NCBI RefSeq assembly: GCF_001194135.2
Contig: NC_068997.1
Span: 42,359,081-42,393,745, forward strand
Source of the DNA: Octopus bimaculoides
Lineage: Eukaryota
Reading direction: 5' to 3'
Length of the DNA: 34,665 nt
Both the position numbers and the translations under genes were made by a program. A model generated the notes under the pieces. It searched no databases. It was not told the origin of the DNA and worked only from the letters and a program-made list of their open reading frames with translations. Below are positions 11,999 through 23,150 of this stretch, one piece after another. Position 1 is the stretch's first letter, and each line of letters begins with the position of its first letter.

Positions 11999-12549
11999 TA
12001 TCTGAGGACAATCTGTGGTTATTCACTAAAAGATAGAGTTTCTAATGCTGACTTGTTTAGCAAATGTAAGATTGGTGGAATCGAGAGATTCTTTATACAA
12101 TCACAATTGTGCTGGGCTGGCCAAATTGTCAGAATAAATGACAAAAGAATACCCAAAGTCCTCATGTACAACCAGCTTGAGAGTGGACACAGGAAAGTTG
12201 GTCGACCATGGCTCAGATGTAAGGACAAGCTGATGAGTGACCTCTTAGAAATGAAGATAGCTCACAACACCTTTGAGTAAACAGCCTTGAAACAAACAAA
12301 ATCATTGTGTCAAAATGGTGTTAAAAGCTTTGTTGGAACCAGCACAAACAGGGTGCAAGGCAAAGGAGAAAAGTGGCTGCAAATATACCAGCTGCACTGA
12401 CCTGTTATCCTCATACTTGCAACATTTGTGGCCTTCTTTGCAAATTGTTGGCGGGACTTAAATGTCACATTCGACATAAGCAATATGACCGACAAAGAAA
12501 GAGTACGTTGTCAGAACCTCATATGTCGAAACCAACAGGAGAGTTCATC

Positions 12550-12552
<3 letters not shown>
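11990..12552 (+). mobile_element. RTE-clade LINE 3' end (decayed ORF C-terminus with C2H2-like finger)
   Basis: YLRTICGYSLKDRVSNADL...QLCWAGQIVRINDKRIPKVLMYNQLESGHRKVGRPWLRCKD, then after a stop CNICGLLCKLLAGLKCHIRH. Confidence 0.9.
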
Positions 12553-12584
<32 letters not shown>

Positions 12585-12589
12585 TATAA

Positions 12590-12866
12590 ATAATAAATGA
12601 GTATATGCATATATACGTACATGTATGTACATACTTACATCTACCTGTATATATAGATGCATATCTGGATACAGGACATTACAAACAAAACGTNNNNNNN
12701 NNNACATGTATGTACATACTTACATCTACCTGTATATATAGATGCATATCTGGATACAGGACATTACAAACAAAACGTAGACAAAATGATAAACAGAGTA
12801 CAAGAAACACACAGGCCACATAGAGAACATTTCCTTCATCAGCTGCCACCATTCTAACACTGGCGA
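12590..12866. repeat. Interspersed repeat family E, truncated copy
   Basis: Shares gagtatatgcatatata...caggccacatag..aacat..ccttcatcagctgccaccatt with 14230-14590. Confidence 0.75.
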
Positions 12867-12880
12867 TATATACACACACA

Positions 12881-13132
12881 TACAGGGAGGGGGTGCCCAA
12901 GTAGGTATACAGTAAGTATCACATCGATGTTAGAATACTTAATTCACTAAAACTATTACCACATTAAATTAGTTAACCACATTTATTATATTTTCAGTGT
13001 CATTAATCATAATACATTTATCATAACTGTAATGATACGTTTATCGAAACTTTTATTTTTTTGATAAAAATAAATGAGTATTGTACATTTTCTTTTTTCA
13101 TAACTGTATACCTACATTGGCACCACCCTGTG
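12881..13132. mobile_element. Tc1/mariner-type MITE
   Basis: TIRs TAcaggg..gtgcccaagtaggtatacagt and actgtatacctacattggcaccaccctgTG, with an AT-rich non-coding interior. Confidence 0.8.
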
Positions 13133-13218
13133 TCTGTATACATATATTTTTTTTTGTATATATGTGTCTATATATTTTGTATATATGTGTCTCTCTCTAT
13201 ATATATGTTTGTAAATTC

Positions 13219-13279
<61 letters not shown>

Positions 13280-13505
13280 GAAAAGCAGGAAATTTGTGAA
13301 ATAAATGCCAATTTATATTTTCACAAGATCTATTTAAGGTAAACAATAAGTGTCACAAATGTCAACGCTCACAAATGTTCAAAATGTTTTCCATGCACTT
13401 CGGTAACAGAAATAACAAATCAGAAACCACCTATCACAGTTTATTGATGATCTAATTAATACTTGTTAATTTTGCCTTCAAATTTTCTGCTTTTCTGGTG
13501 ACCAC

Positions 13506-13542
<37 letters not shown>

Positions 13543-13629
13543 TATCATTATCATCATCATTGTTTAACGTCCGCCTTCCATGCTAAGACAAAGAGTGACA
13601 CACACACACACACACACACAGATATATAC

Positions 13630-13793
13630 AAAAGGAGCTTCATTCAGTTTCCATCCACCAAATCCATTCACAAGACTTTGATCAGTCTAGAACTATAGAA
13701 GAAGACACTTGCTGAAGGTGCTGTGCAGTGGGGTTGAACCTGAAACCACATGGTTGGGAAGCAAGCTTCTTAATTACATGGCTATGGCTGCAC
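13630..13793 (-). mobile_element. SINE family B 5' half
   Basis: gaagacacttgctgaaggtgc...gaacctgaaaccacatggttgggaagcaag. Confidence 0.85.
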
Positions 13794-13825
13794 CTGATTA
13801 CCCCCCCCCCACCCCCACATACACA

Positions 13826-14190
13826 CACTTTTACTTGTTTCATTCATTTGACAGAGGCCATACTAGAGCACCGCTTTAAAGAGTTTTTAGTCGAAGAAAT
13901 TGATTCCAGGACTTATTCTTTGTAAGCCTAGTACATTATTCTAGTGGTCTCTTTTGCCAAACTACTAAGTTACAGGGACATAAACACACCAACATGTAAT
14001 GGTGGGGGACAAACACAGACACACATACACGACGAGCTTCTTTTAGTTTCTGTTATCAAATCCACTCACAAGGCTTTGGTTAGCCCAAGGCTATAGTAGA
14101 AGACACTTGCCCAAGGTGGCAAGCAGTGGGACTGAACCTGGAACCATGTGGTTGGGAAGCAAGTTTCTTACCACACAGTCCATGCCTGTA
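13826..14190 (-). mobile_element. SINE family B, near full length
   Basis: Runs from the tail ttttacttgtttca through gacacttgcccaaggtg to the head ggttgggaagcaagtttcttaccacacag. Confidence 0.9.
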
Positions 14191-14191
14191 C

Positions 14192-14229
<38 letters not shown>

Positions 14230-14233
<4 letters not shown>

Positions 14234-14590
14234 AATACATGAGTATATGCATATATATGTACATGTATGTATATACGTTCATCCACATGTACATATAGAT
14301 ACATAACTGGGTACATGACGTGGCAAAAGAACAAAGACAAAAATGGTAAACAAGGTGCAACAAACAAGCAGGCCACATAGAAACATCCCCTTCATCAGCT
14401 GCCACCATTAAAACTCCGGCGTTTCGAAGAATTAAGGCAGTACGCATCGTTAAAATGGTTCTTCTCACGAACACAAATTAAAATGTTTTCGTGGAGGGTA
14501 GTGGCGGACGGAAAACAAGACAGGAAAACGAAACGGTGAAATAAACAAACAAAAAGGCTGTACAGCCAGACGTGAAGTCTGTATGTCTCG
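14230..14590. repeat. Interspersed repeat family E, longer CpG-rich copy
   Basis: Homologous to 12590-12866; the minus strand carries cttcGAAAcgccggag...cagCTGATGAagggg. Confidence 0.7.
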
Positions 14591-14619
14591 AACGCTATAT
14601 ATATATATATATAATTTTT

Positions 14620-14815
14620 TATTCTTTTACTTGTTTCAGTCATTTGATTGTGGCCATGCCGGGCATGGTACAGTTTTCACTTATCAGATTCACTCACAAA
14701 GCATCAGTCAACCCAGGGCTTTAGCAAGAGGCACTTGCCCATTGCCCCACAGTGAGACTGAAACTGAAATCACAGCTGCAAAGCAGACTTGTTAACTATA
14801 CTATTCAGCCATGCT
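14620..14815 (-). mobile_element. SINE family B, internally deleted and degraded
   Basis: ttcttttacttgtttcagtcatttgattgtggccatgc tail plus ggcacttgccc. Confidence 0.7.
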
Positions 14816-15216
14816 TTAACCTAAACGTGTGTGGGTGTGTGTTGGCATGCATAGATATGGTGCGTGTGTGCATGTGTGTTAGTGTTAAGAAGGGCATCCA
14901 AATGTAGAAACCAAATAAAAATGATATGTGCAAACAAGACACTGTCTTTTGATCTGTGTGTCTGCATGTAGTTCAGATTTCCACTTTTTCTGCATATGGG
15001 ATTGTCTGAACTAAAACTAGTTTGCCATTTACATTCCCAATGAAATTTACATCATGCACACCCAAAAAAAAAAAATAATAAAATAAATCTTTCTTGTAAA
15101 ACAGGTAAAGGTTGGTGACAAGAAGAGTATCTAGCTACAAAATACTGTCTGAAATAAGTATCCATCCAACCTCTGCCACCATACGAATCCAGATGTAAAA
15201 CAAATGACCAAAAAAA

Positions 15217-15248
<32 letters not shown>

Positions 15249-16604
15249 GCTTCAGGACTATTATCTATGCAGTAGGATATAACAACTTTATAACTAATCG
15301 CTTATACAAAGAATCATCATCATCATCATTTAATGTCCGCTTTCCATGCTGGCATGTGTGTATATAAATATATATATATATATTACAAGTACACAAGAAC
15401 GTTCATTGATAAGTAAGATTAAATAGAAAGATAAATTTTATGAAGTTTATTTCCAGATGTTATATTCCTAAAGTAATCAGTCAGTTGGGGGGGAATATAC
15501 GTAGTGAGACAATAAACTCCCAGCCAACATATTTCACTTATGTACCCTTGGGAGACAGGGATTTAGTCACTACTTCAGTTTCTCTTCTCCTTGGATGTAA
15601 GTTAGAAGAGAGAGACAGAGACAGAGGCTATATGTGTGTGTGTGAGCGCACGAGAGTGTGTATGGGTATGTTTGTGTATGCATGCATGTGCATATGTATT
15701 ATACAATCACACATCAATTAAATCTTCTATGTTAAACAGTGCAAGTAATATTAGGAACAGCTGGAGAGAAGCAATTCTGCAGAGTCAGCTGACCCATGCC
15801 AATATGGTAAAGTGGATGTGAAACAGTCTGATGAATGATCAATATAATCTATATAAAAATGAGGCCTGTTCCAATTAATGGTTTTGGCACATGACCTAAA
15901 CCAGCTGAAATGGAAAGAAAAGTAAAAATGAATAAAATAGAAAAAGAAGTTGATATGGGAGAAGAGGAGGGCTGAGAGAGGGAGAAAAATTAAAATACAA
16001 TGGCTGTCTAACAATCTAAATATAAAATATGTACTAGAGTAAGTAAATCTTCACTGTTGACTGACTGCTGGCCTATTTCTCTGGTTTAGAGAGTAGGAAT
16101 CATATGGACATTGTCTTTATGGAAGATAACATTGAGTATTGGCTCTGGCTTAGAGAATAGAGAGAAAAAAAAACTACATTGTCTTGAAGCAACCAGATTT
16201 CAACGACCTCACCACCTCTTTGCTACACAATCACCTCCTCTTTTTTGTGTGTGTGTGTGTCTCCTTCACTATTTTCCCCTACCCCTTTCACCAAACTGCA
16301 TCTAGCAAATTGTACTCACTGAATTATAAACTGATGTAAAGCTATACTAGAGAGTTCTGATAATATTAAATACAACCCCCATTCCACTCTGTTACACAAG
16401 TTGATGGTAGATAGAGCAGGATTAACAGATGTTATTTACATGGTTAATGACTGCGTAACCTGTGACATGCATGAATTCACCTCTTTCCAGGAGTCATCAA
16501 TTACTCTTTAGTTTACGTAATGTAGTGTACGGTATATTGGTTTCTTTAAAACAAGCACAAGAGGGATTTTCTTTTTTTTTCTTTTTACTGTTAAGAAAAG
16601 AATG

Positions 16605-16826
16605 TACGGGGTTAAGGTGCTGAAAAGTTCCTGGCTTTAACGGTATTGCGAAAGGCCTGGTTGGAGAACCAATCATCTGAGTTCTTTTACAGGGCTTAGA
16701 AAAACTGAAGGACCTCTGCAATAAGTGTGTGAATCTGAGAAGAATATGCTGATTAAAATCATAATTAACTGATCCTCTTGTATTCTTTTTCCCTTAAAAC
16801 CAGGAACTTTTCAGTACCCCATCATA
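16605..16826 (+). mobile_element. Internally deleted mariner element (TIRs plus transposase C-terminal remnant)
   Basis: TA..ggtgctgaaaagttcctggctttaa and ttaaaaccaggaacttttcagtacccc..TA. The interior with frameshifts reads KAWLENQSSEFF/QGLEKLKDLCNKCVNLR/EYAD*, like the mariner C-terminus F..GI.KL..RW.KC....G.YVE. Confidence 0.85.
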
Positions 16827-16929
16827 GTTGACTGAATCAACTCCAGTGTACATCTGGCACTTGTTTCATACATTTGAAGAGATGAAAGGCTATGTTAAGA
16901 TTAGCAGGATTAGAACACAGAATCCAGAG

Positions 16930-17232
16930 CAGTGGTTCTCAACTGGGGTCCATGCAAGCCAAGTAATAAATTGAGGATCCACAGTAGTATTTTAAGGGTC
17001 CATGAAAAAATGTTACTTTCAATGTATTTATTACAAGAAACAGCTAGGTTTCTTCTTTCTCTAACATTTTACATAATTCAACCCACACAAGTTAATGTGT
17101 GAAAAACAAAATAGGAATTTGAATAGAAGCATCTATAAAACTAGTTTTTAAACATCGAAAGACTATGGAGATCCACCAGAATAAAATAGTAATCAATTGG
17201 GTCCATAAGTAAAAAAGGGTTGAGAACTACTG
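16930..17232 (+). mobile_element. hAT (Charlie-like) MITE copy 1
   Basis: TIRs cagtggttctcaac and gttgagaactactg; 8-bp flanks atccagag and atctggag (decayed TSD). Confidence 0.85.
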
Positions 17233-17387
17233 ATCTGGAGGGATGAAACTAAATACTGCAAATCATTCAGTCTGGCATAAACTTTTTTTTTTTAGTCAAG
17301 ATAATATTAATTTGGTTGTTCCCACAACCATTTTTAATGAAGAGTACATAAGTACTGCTGTATCTACTAACATTTTAAGTTCGGGTA

Positions 17388-17608
17388 ATATTGAATTTAA
17401 AATTTTGGCACAAGGCCAGCAAGTTCAGAGGAGGAAGTAAGTCAATTACATCAACCCCAGTACTCAACTGGTACTTATTTTATCAACCCTGAAAGGGATG
17501 AAAGGCAAAGTTGATCTCAGCAGAATTTGAACTTGGAACGTAAAGATGGATGAAATGCCACTAAGCATTTTCGTCTGGTGTGTTAATGATTCTGCCAGCT
17601 CACTGCCT
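17388..17608 (-). mobile_element. SINE family A
   Basis: ggtacttattttatcaaccctgaaagggatgaaaggcaaagtt...gattctgccagctcactgcc. Confidence 0.9.
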
Positions 17609-18255
17609 TTAGTTCAGGTAATATTAAAATATTGCTGGTTCTACTAATATTATACTGCAGCTAACATTGATATATTTATGAAGTGAAAAGGATCAAATTG
17701 TAGAAACTTTTAGTACATATGTAACTTAATGTATATTGCAAGCAAGAAATTGACCGCATGGAAGGAGTATGTGCATACTCACTAAAGACATATACATTCA
17801 AAAACAAGACAAACAGAAAGTACAATTAATGTAACTGAACAGACTGACAGTATAATATTGATTAGGCTATTGTTAGGCATATATAATAGTTATTGAAATA
17901 GTTACATTCCATAAATAATATGAATTGAAATGAGGAGGGGCACCAGTTTTATGAGACTTTCGTGGTAACTGCCTTCCAAAATATTGATAGGTTCTCTGCA
18001 CTTGTAGCAAACTGTCATTAGAGTATGAAAACACCAACAGCTAATCCTAGTTCCATTGGTGTCTGCTGTTTTTTGGGGGTTAGAACTCCTGTAGCCAATA
18101 GCAGCCTTGCATCTATCCCTTCTCTAAACATCCTGTTTTATTTGATTCTCCTCTAGTTCTGCAATAATAATGCAGATATCAAACCAGATTTTAGTGTAAT
18201 TGAAGCTGCAACTACAAATTCACAATTGTTACAAGTTTCTTGGGTGTCAGAAGAT

Positions 18256-18707
18256 TTAACTCTTTAGCATTCAGATTATTCTGTCAAATGTAATGCTTAT
18301 TTATTCACTTTCATCATCATCATCATCATCATTGTTTAACGTCCGCTTTCCATGCTAGCATGAGTTGGACGATTTGACTGAGGACTGGTGAAACCAGATG
18401 GCTACAGCAGGCTCCAATCAGATTTGGCAGAGTTTCTACAGCTGGATGCCCTTCCTAACGCCAACCACTCAGAGAGTGTAGTGGGTGCTTTTACGTGCCA
18501 CCAGCACGAAGGCCAGTCAGGCGGTACTGGCAATGGCCGTTTTCAATTAATCGTGTACTATGTTGTAAATCTGAGATTTTCATCATATGACTGCTTATTT
18601 TTAGGACGTTGTAAGACAGGTGAGAGATGCTGGATCTGGCTAGTTTGAACATAAAGCAAGTAGAATATTTAGGTTAGATATGGCCAGTTTGAAAGCTGAA
18701 GGGTTAA
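18256..18707 (+). mobile_element. piggyBac-like MITE copy 1, with SINE C nested at 18311-18539
   Basis: TTAA-ctctttagcatt ... aagctgaaggg-TTAA; homologous to 18924-19552 in reverse. Confidence 0.8.
18311..18539 (-). mobile_element. SINE family C, 5' truncated, nested in a MITE
   Basis: (cat)n-tgtttaacgtccgctttcc...ggcaatggccg; the MITE sequence resumes after it. Confidence 0.9.
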
Positions 18708-18923
18708 ATTTATTTTTATAGTTGACAGGAACAAGTGCAACACTTATAACTGTTTTGCAAGATCCTTCAAGATGGGGAAAGAAAGAGAAAGAAATCACAC
18801 TTTTAGAGACATGTGGTGGTGTTAAACCAAGTGATGGATTTAGTCTCCAATGATTTCACTTTCACACCTTTACCTATCCTTGTTACATTACTATGCAATG
18901 GTCATGGCTGTTTGAATTTTATT

Positions 18924-19552
18924 TTAATCCTTTAGTGTTTAAACCAGCCATATCCGGCCCAATATATTACTCTTTTACTCTTTTACTTGTTTCAGTCATT
19001 TGACTGCGGCCATGCTGGAGCACCACCTTTAGTCGAGAAAATCGACCCCAAGACTTATTCTTTGTAAGCCTAGTACTTATTCTATCGGTCTCTTTTGCCG
19101 AACCGCTAAGTTACGGGGACATAAACACACCAGCATCGGTTGTCAAGCGATGGTGGGGGAACAAACACAGACACACAAACACACATACATATATATATAT
19201 ACATATATATGACAGGCTTCTTTCAATTTCCGTCTACCAAATCCACTCACAAGGCTTTGGTCGGCCTGAGGCTATAGTAGAAGACACTTGCCCAAGGTGC
19301 CACGCAGTGGGACTGAACCCAGAACCATGCGGTTGGCTACTTACCACACAGTCACTCCAGCGCCTATTCTACATGTTTTATATTCAAACTGGCAATATCT
19401 AGCCTCTCACACCTAACCTACATTGTCATTCTAAAAATAAACAATCACATCATTGAAACCTCAAAGCTATAAGATAATGCATGATTAATTCAAAACAATT
19501 TGAGTGAAAAACTATTACATTTAACAGAGTAATCTGAACACTAAAGGGTTAA
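18924..19552 (-). mobile_element. piggyBac-like MITE copy 2, with SINE B nested at 18969-19365
   Basis: TTAA-tcctttagtgttt ... aacactaaaggg-TTAA; reverse orientation relative to copy 1. Confidence 0.8.
18969..19365 (-). mobile_element. SINE family B, near full length and well preserved
   Basis: gacacttgcccaaggtgccacgcagtgggactgaaccc; retains many CpGs. Confidence 0.92.
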
Positions 19553-19703
19553 AGTTCTTAGCTAGAGCTTCTTAAAGCTGAGATAGTGAATAAATCTATT
19601 TTTCTCTACATTCAGTATCATTAAGTTGCTTTTATTATCTTATAAAAGGTGACATTACTCAAAAAATCAGAAGGCAGACACCAAAACAGATACAGTGATA
19701 AGT

Positions 19704-19923
19704 AATAATCATTTTCTATTATAGGCACGAGATGTGAAATTTGGGGAAGGGGGATAGCCGATTACATCAACCCCAGTACTCAACTGATACTTAATTTATC
19801 GACCCCCCAAAGGATGAAAGGTAAAGTCGACCTTGGTGGAATTTGAACTCAGAACATAGCAATGGGCGAAATACCGCTAAGCATTTTATCCAGTGTGCTA
19901 ATAATTCTGCCAACTCGCCACCT
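19704..19923 (-). mobile_element. SINE family A
   Basis: atcgaccccccaaaggatgaaaggtaaagtcgacc...attctgccaactcgccacc. Confidence 0.9.
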
Positions 19924-21131
19924 TGTAGTGATAAGTAATAATGCAAGGCAAAAGATTTTGAATAACACCATACAGTCTTAAGAACAAGAAATACCATGAA
20001 CAGTACAATCTGAAAAAAATATGTGGGATAGTCACAGCTGGAATGCCTTTGATGATAAATTTGCTCATTCAGAGATAACCTTGGGGTTAAACAACAGCAA
20101 CACTAATGTGCATAGAGGTTATGACCACATACAAGAAAGGAAGAAGTATGCTTGAAGCACTATAATGCAAAAGTATTTATGTTATGCAACATGTGAGTAA
20201 CACAAGCTTCAGACAGCCTGACAGTCAACTAGATGGGATTAAGAGTCAGTTAATGGGTAAGAATAGATAATCCCTAGAGGAATGTAGACCTTAGCAAAGA
20301 TGAATGGCATTATAGAATTATATAATTCAAATGTAGATTACCATGAAAAATTCTCAAATGTCTATCGACAATAACAAATATGGTGGAATAATGTTTCTTC
20401 AAGTGTCGGGCATGCCATAAACCCTTTAACATGGAAGTTTTGACCCCAAAGCAATTTAAAACAGCAAAACATGAATATATGTTATTTTTACATATATATA
20501 GACTTCTTTAGTCATATAATCTACTACATAATTCCAAGATGACTATTACTGCCATTTTTAATCCAGCTAGTAATAACTGTCTCTCTATAATTAGAGTTAT
20601 CTTTGATTAATTCTTAATTGAACCCGACATCAGTTCTGAATAGTTGATTAGATTTTTCCTTCTACTGCTAATCTAATTATTTTACCAGCAGACTATAGTA
20701 ATTCTTTACTCAAGTCTTATTCCCAAAACTGACTGATAATTTATTTTTATTCTAATAGCTTTTCTTTTCACTTGTAACAAACATCTGATACTTCCATTGT
20801 ACAGCAGTGAACATAGATCTGTAGTGGTTGGAGGAAATGAAGAAGTTGAAAATGGCACATTGGTTGAGCTTAAATGAACTAAAGTGATTAGGCATGTAAA
20901 TAACTGACTGATGAATTTATATAGAGAGCACTGATTGGTACACATAATGCTAGGTGAAACATTGCTGAATTAATAATGGAAGGTACCAACAGTAAAGGTA
21001 GATGAAGAAAAATTACGCTAGGCTTCATAATACAATGACAACAGGCGTTTGAGGCCATCTTCCTTGTTAAAGTAGAAGTTAGCCTTGCAGGTGTCACAAC
21101 AGTCTTCTCCATTTTACCCTAACCTCTACAG

Positions 21132-21731
21132 CATTGATTCTCAGCCATTTTTTGCCTATGGATCCTTTGATTCCTATTTACTCAACTGAACTCCTATACC
21201 CATTCATCATCATCGTTTAACGTCCGCTTTCCATGCTAGCATGGGTTGGACGATTTGACTGAGGACTGGTGAAACCAGATGGCTACACCAGGCTCCAATC
21301 TGATTTGGCAGAGTTTCTACAGCTGGATGCCCTTCCTAACGCCAACCACTCAGAGAGTGTAGTGGGTGCTTTTACGTGCCACTGGCATGAAGGCCAGTCA
21401 GGCGGTACTGGCAACGGCCACGCTCAAAATGGTGTATTTTATGTACCACCCGCACAAGAGCCAGTCCAGGGGAACTGGCAATGATCTCGCTCAAAAGTCC
21501 TTACACATGCCACGAGTACAAGTGCCGGAAAGGCAACGCTGGGCACAGGTGCCATCACAAAAAAATCCCTTTACATTTTTAAGATTGAATATTATTAGGA
21601 ACTGTATAAAAAAAAATTGTTAAAATACTTTGTGTATTGTAGAATTATAATCAATTTATTGCATATGAATTTTAACAACAAAATCTTATATGGACCCCAA
21701 AGGGCCATGTGGACTTTGGTTGAGAACACTG
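21132..21731 (-). mobile_element. hAT MITE copy 2 (inverted), with SINE C nested at 21205-21557
   Basis: Degenerate TIRs cattgattctcagcc and ggttgagaacactg; flanks ctctacag and ctctacaa. Ends match copies 1 and 3 in reverse. Confidence 0.75.
21205..21557 (-). mobile_element. SINE family C, apparently full length
   Basis: Runs from the (cat)n tail to ggcacaggtgccatca, the same end as the 29110-29470 copy. Confidence 0.92.
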
Positions 21732-21739
21732 CTCTACAA

Positions 21740-22670
21740 CCACCTCATCCATTTCCTTGCCTTCAATTCCACCCCCAACACTTTTAACCATGCTTTTCTC
21801 ATTCTTCTTTTTCCTTTACTTCCATCTGTACTCATTTCCATCCATCTTTAGAACACAACCCAGCTATCTCATCCCACACCTTTTCACAATATCCACCACT
21901 GATCCTATTCCCATCATCCCCTGCATCTATTGCTCGCCTTCTCTCAGCAATATTATGCTTGTCTACCAGATCATTCCCATTTCTGCTGTTTTTCCTCCTG
22001 CTTCTCTGCTACTTACCATTCATTCTCTCTATTTCACACCCATAAACCATAGCAATTCTCAAACACAAGAACCTTTCATTTCAATTCCAGTGACACACTC
22101 TTCATTAGCATGTCACTCCATTCCTGAAACCTCTTCCATGCATATCTCACTCTAGCCATCATCACCAAGTTTGATCCATCGTCTCCATTCAACATGTCTA
22201 CTACATAACAAAATGTTTTCACTTTCCATCTAGTTCAGTGATTCTCAATCAGGGTTCATATGGACCCTGGGGGTCCACACAAGCAATATAGTAAATTGGG
22301 GACCCACAGTAATATGTTAAGGGTCCATGAAAACAATTCTGCAACAAACAGCTAGGTTTCTTTCTCTAATGTTTTACATAGTTTAACATGTTTCTGGTCA
22401 TTGAAACATGTTCCCTCAGAGAGTGTTATTGTAAACCTGTGCAAGTGAACATGTGAAAAACAAAATAGGAATTTTGAAAGGAATATCTATAAAACTGGTT
22501 TTTAAACATTGAATGGTTATTGGAGTCCACCAAAATAAAATAAGAGTCAAAGGTGCTTGTAAACAAAAATTGGTTGAGAACCACTGATCTAGCTCAACAT
22601 TCCCTCCATATACAGCTCCTTCCATACATGGCTGACACCTAAGTGTTATGGTCACATAAGTTGGCAATCC
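21740..22670 (-). mobile_element. Decayed RTE-clade LINE fragment, interrupted by hAT MITE copy 3
   Basis: LRCQPC...GNVELD [MITE] ...FCYVVDMLNGDDGSNLVMMARVRYAWKRFQEWSDMLMKSVSLELK resembles RTE F.C..C...FCYLGDML...ARV..AW.KFRE; many stops. Confidence 0.75.
22236..22586 (+). mobile_element. hAT MITE copy 3
   Basis: TIRs cagtgattctcaatc and ggttgagaaccactg; TSD atctagtt and atctagct. Confidence 0.88.
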
Positions 22671-22671
22671 T

Positions 22672-23150
22672 CTGTTGCAGACAGATCAGAAATTCTAATA
22701 GAGATACCCTTAATGATGCTATCAAAAACAGATCTATGGTGACTGGAATGAACATTGATATATTTTAGATATTTATTAGGCTTATGATGCAAGGAATATA
22801 ACAGAGTTTAAATCTAAGATTGCATCAAAGAAACTGGCTATTTCATTGATATTTTCAAATGCAATAGTTAGGCTAAAATTGGCAAAGAACTTATACAGGG
22901 CTTTTCTGGTTTTTCTCAAGAACTGGTTTGGAGAGACCAGTAGCAAGTAGGAGAGCATCGTCATGATACAGTCCACCATGGATTGCAGGAAAGTATGTGC
23001 AAAGTTGCTGGAGGAAGTAAAACCCAACAATGTCCATGACTTGAGTAGAATCTGAAGTGCCCATTGTTATATTGAAATCATTATTAAATGCTCCACAACA
23101 AAGTTTGTTATTGAAGGTCATAAGAGTCTTTCTAGCAGAACCCACTTACA
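22672..23150 (-). mobile_element. Decayed Penelope-like element (PLE) reverse transcriptase
   Basis: Across two frameshifts: ARKTLMTFNN...FNITMGTSDSTQVMDIVGFYFL...GLYHDDAL / RKALYKFF...SFFDAILDLN / HKPNKYLKYINVHSSH...GISIRISDLS. This parallels PLE RT motifs FDVTMGSYDGAE..ELVG..GLYRDDGL..NFLDVTL.L..KPN...Y....SNHP. Confidence 0.82.

Noticed and set aside
12619-12778. Perfect 75-bp direct repeat (12619-12693, 12704-12778)
   Set aside because: The two identical copies sit either side of a 10-N gap, typical of an unmerged contig overlap; the homologous repeat at 14230 has only one unit.
20888-21112. 74-aa and 79-aa minus-strand ORFs (20706-20945, 20888-21112) as possible SH3BP5L exon 3
   Set aside because: No family motifs and no suitable splice sites.
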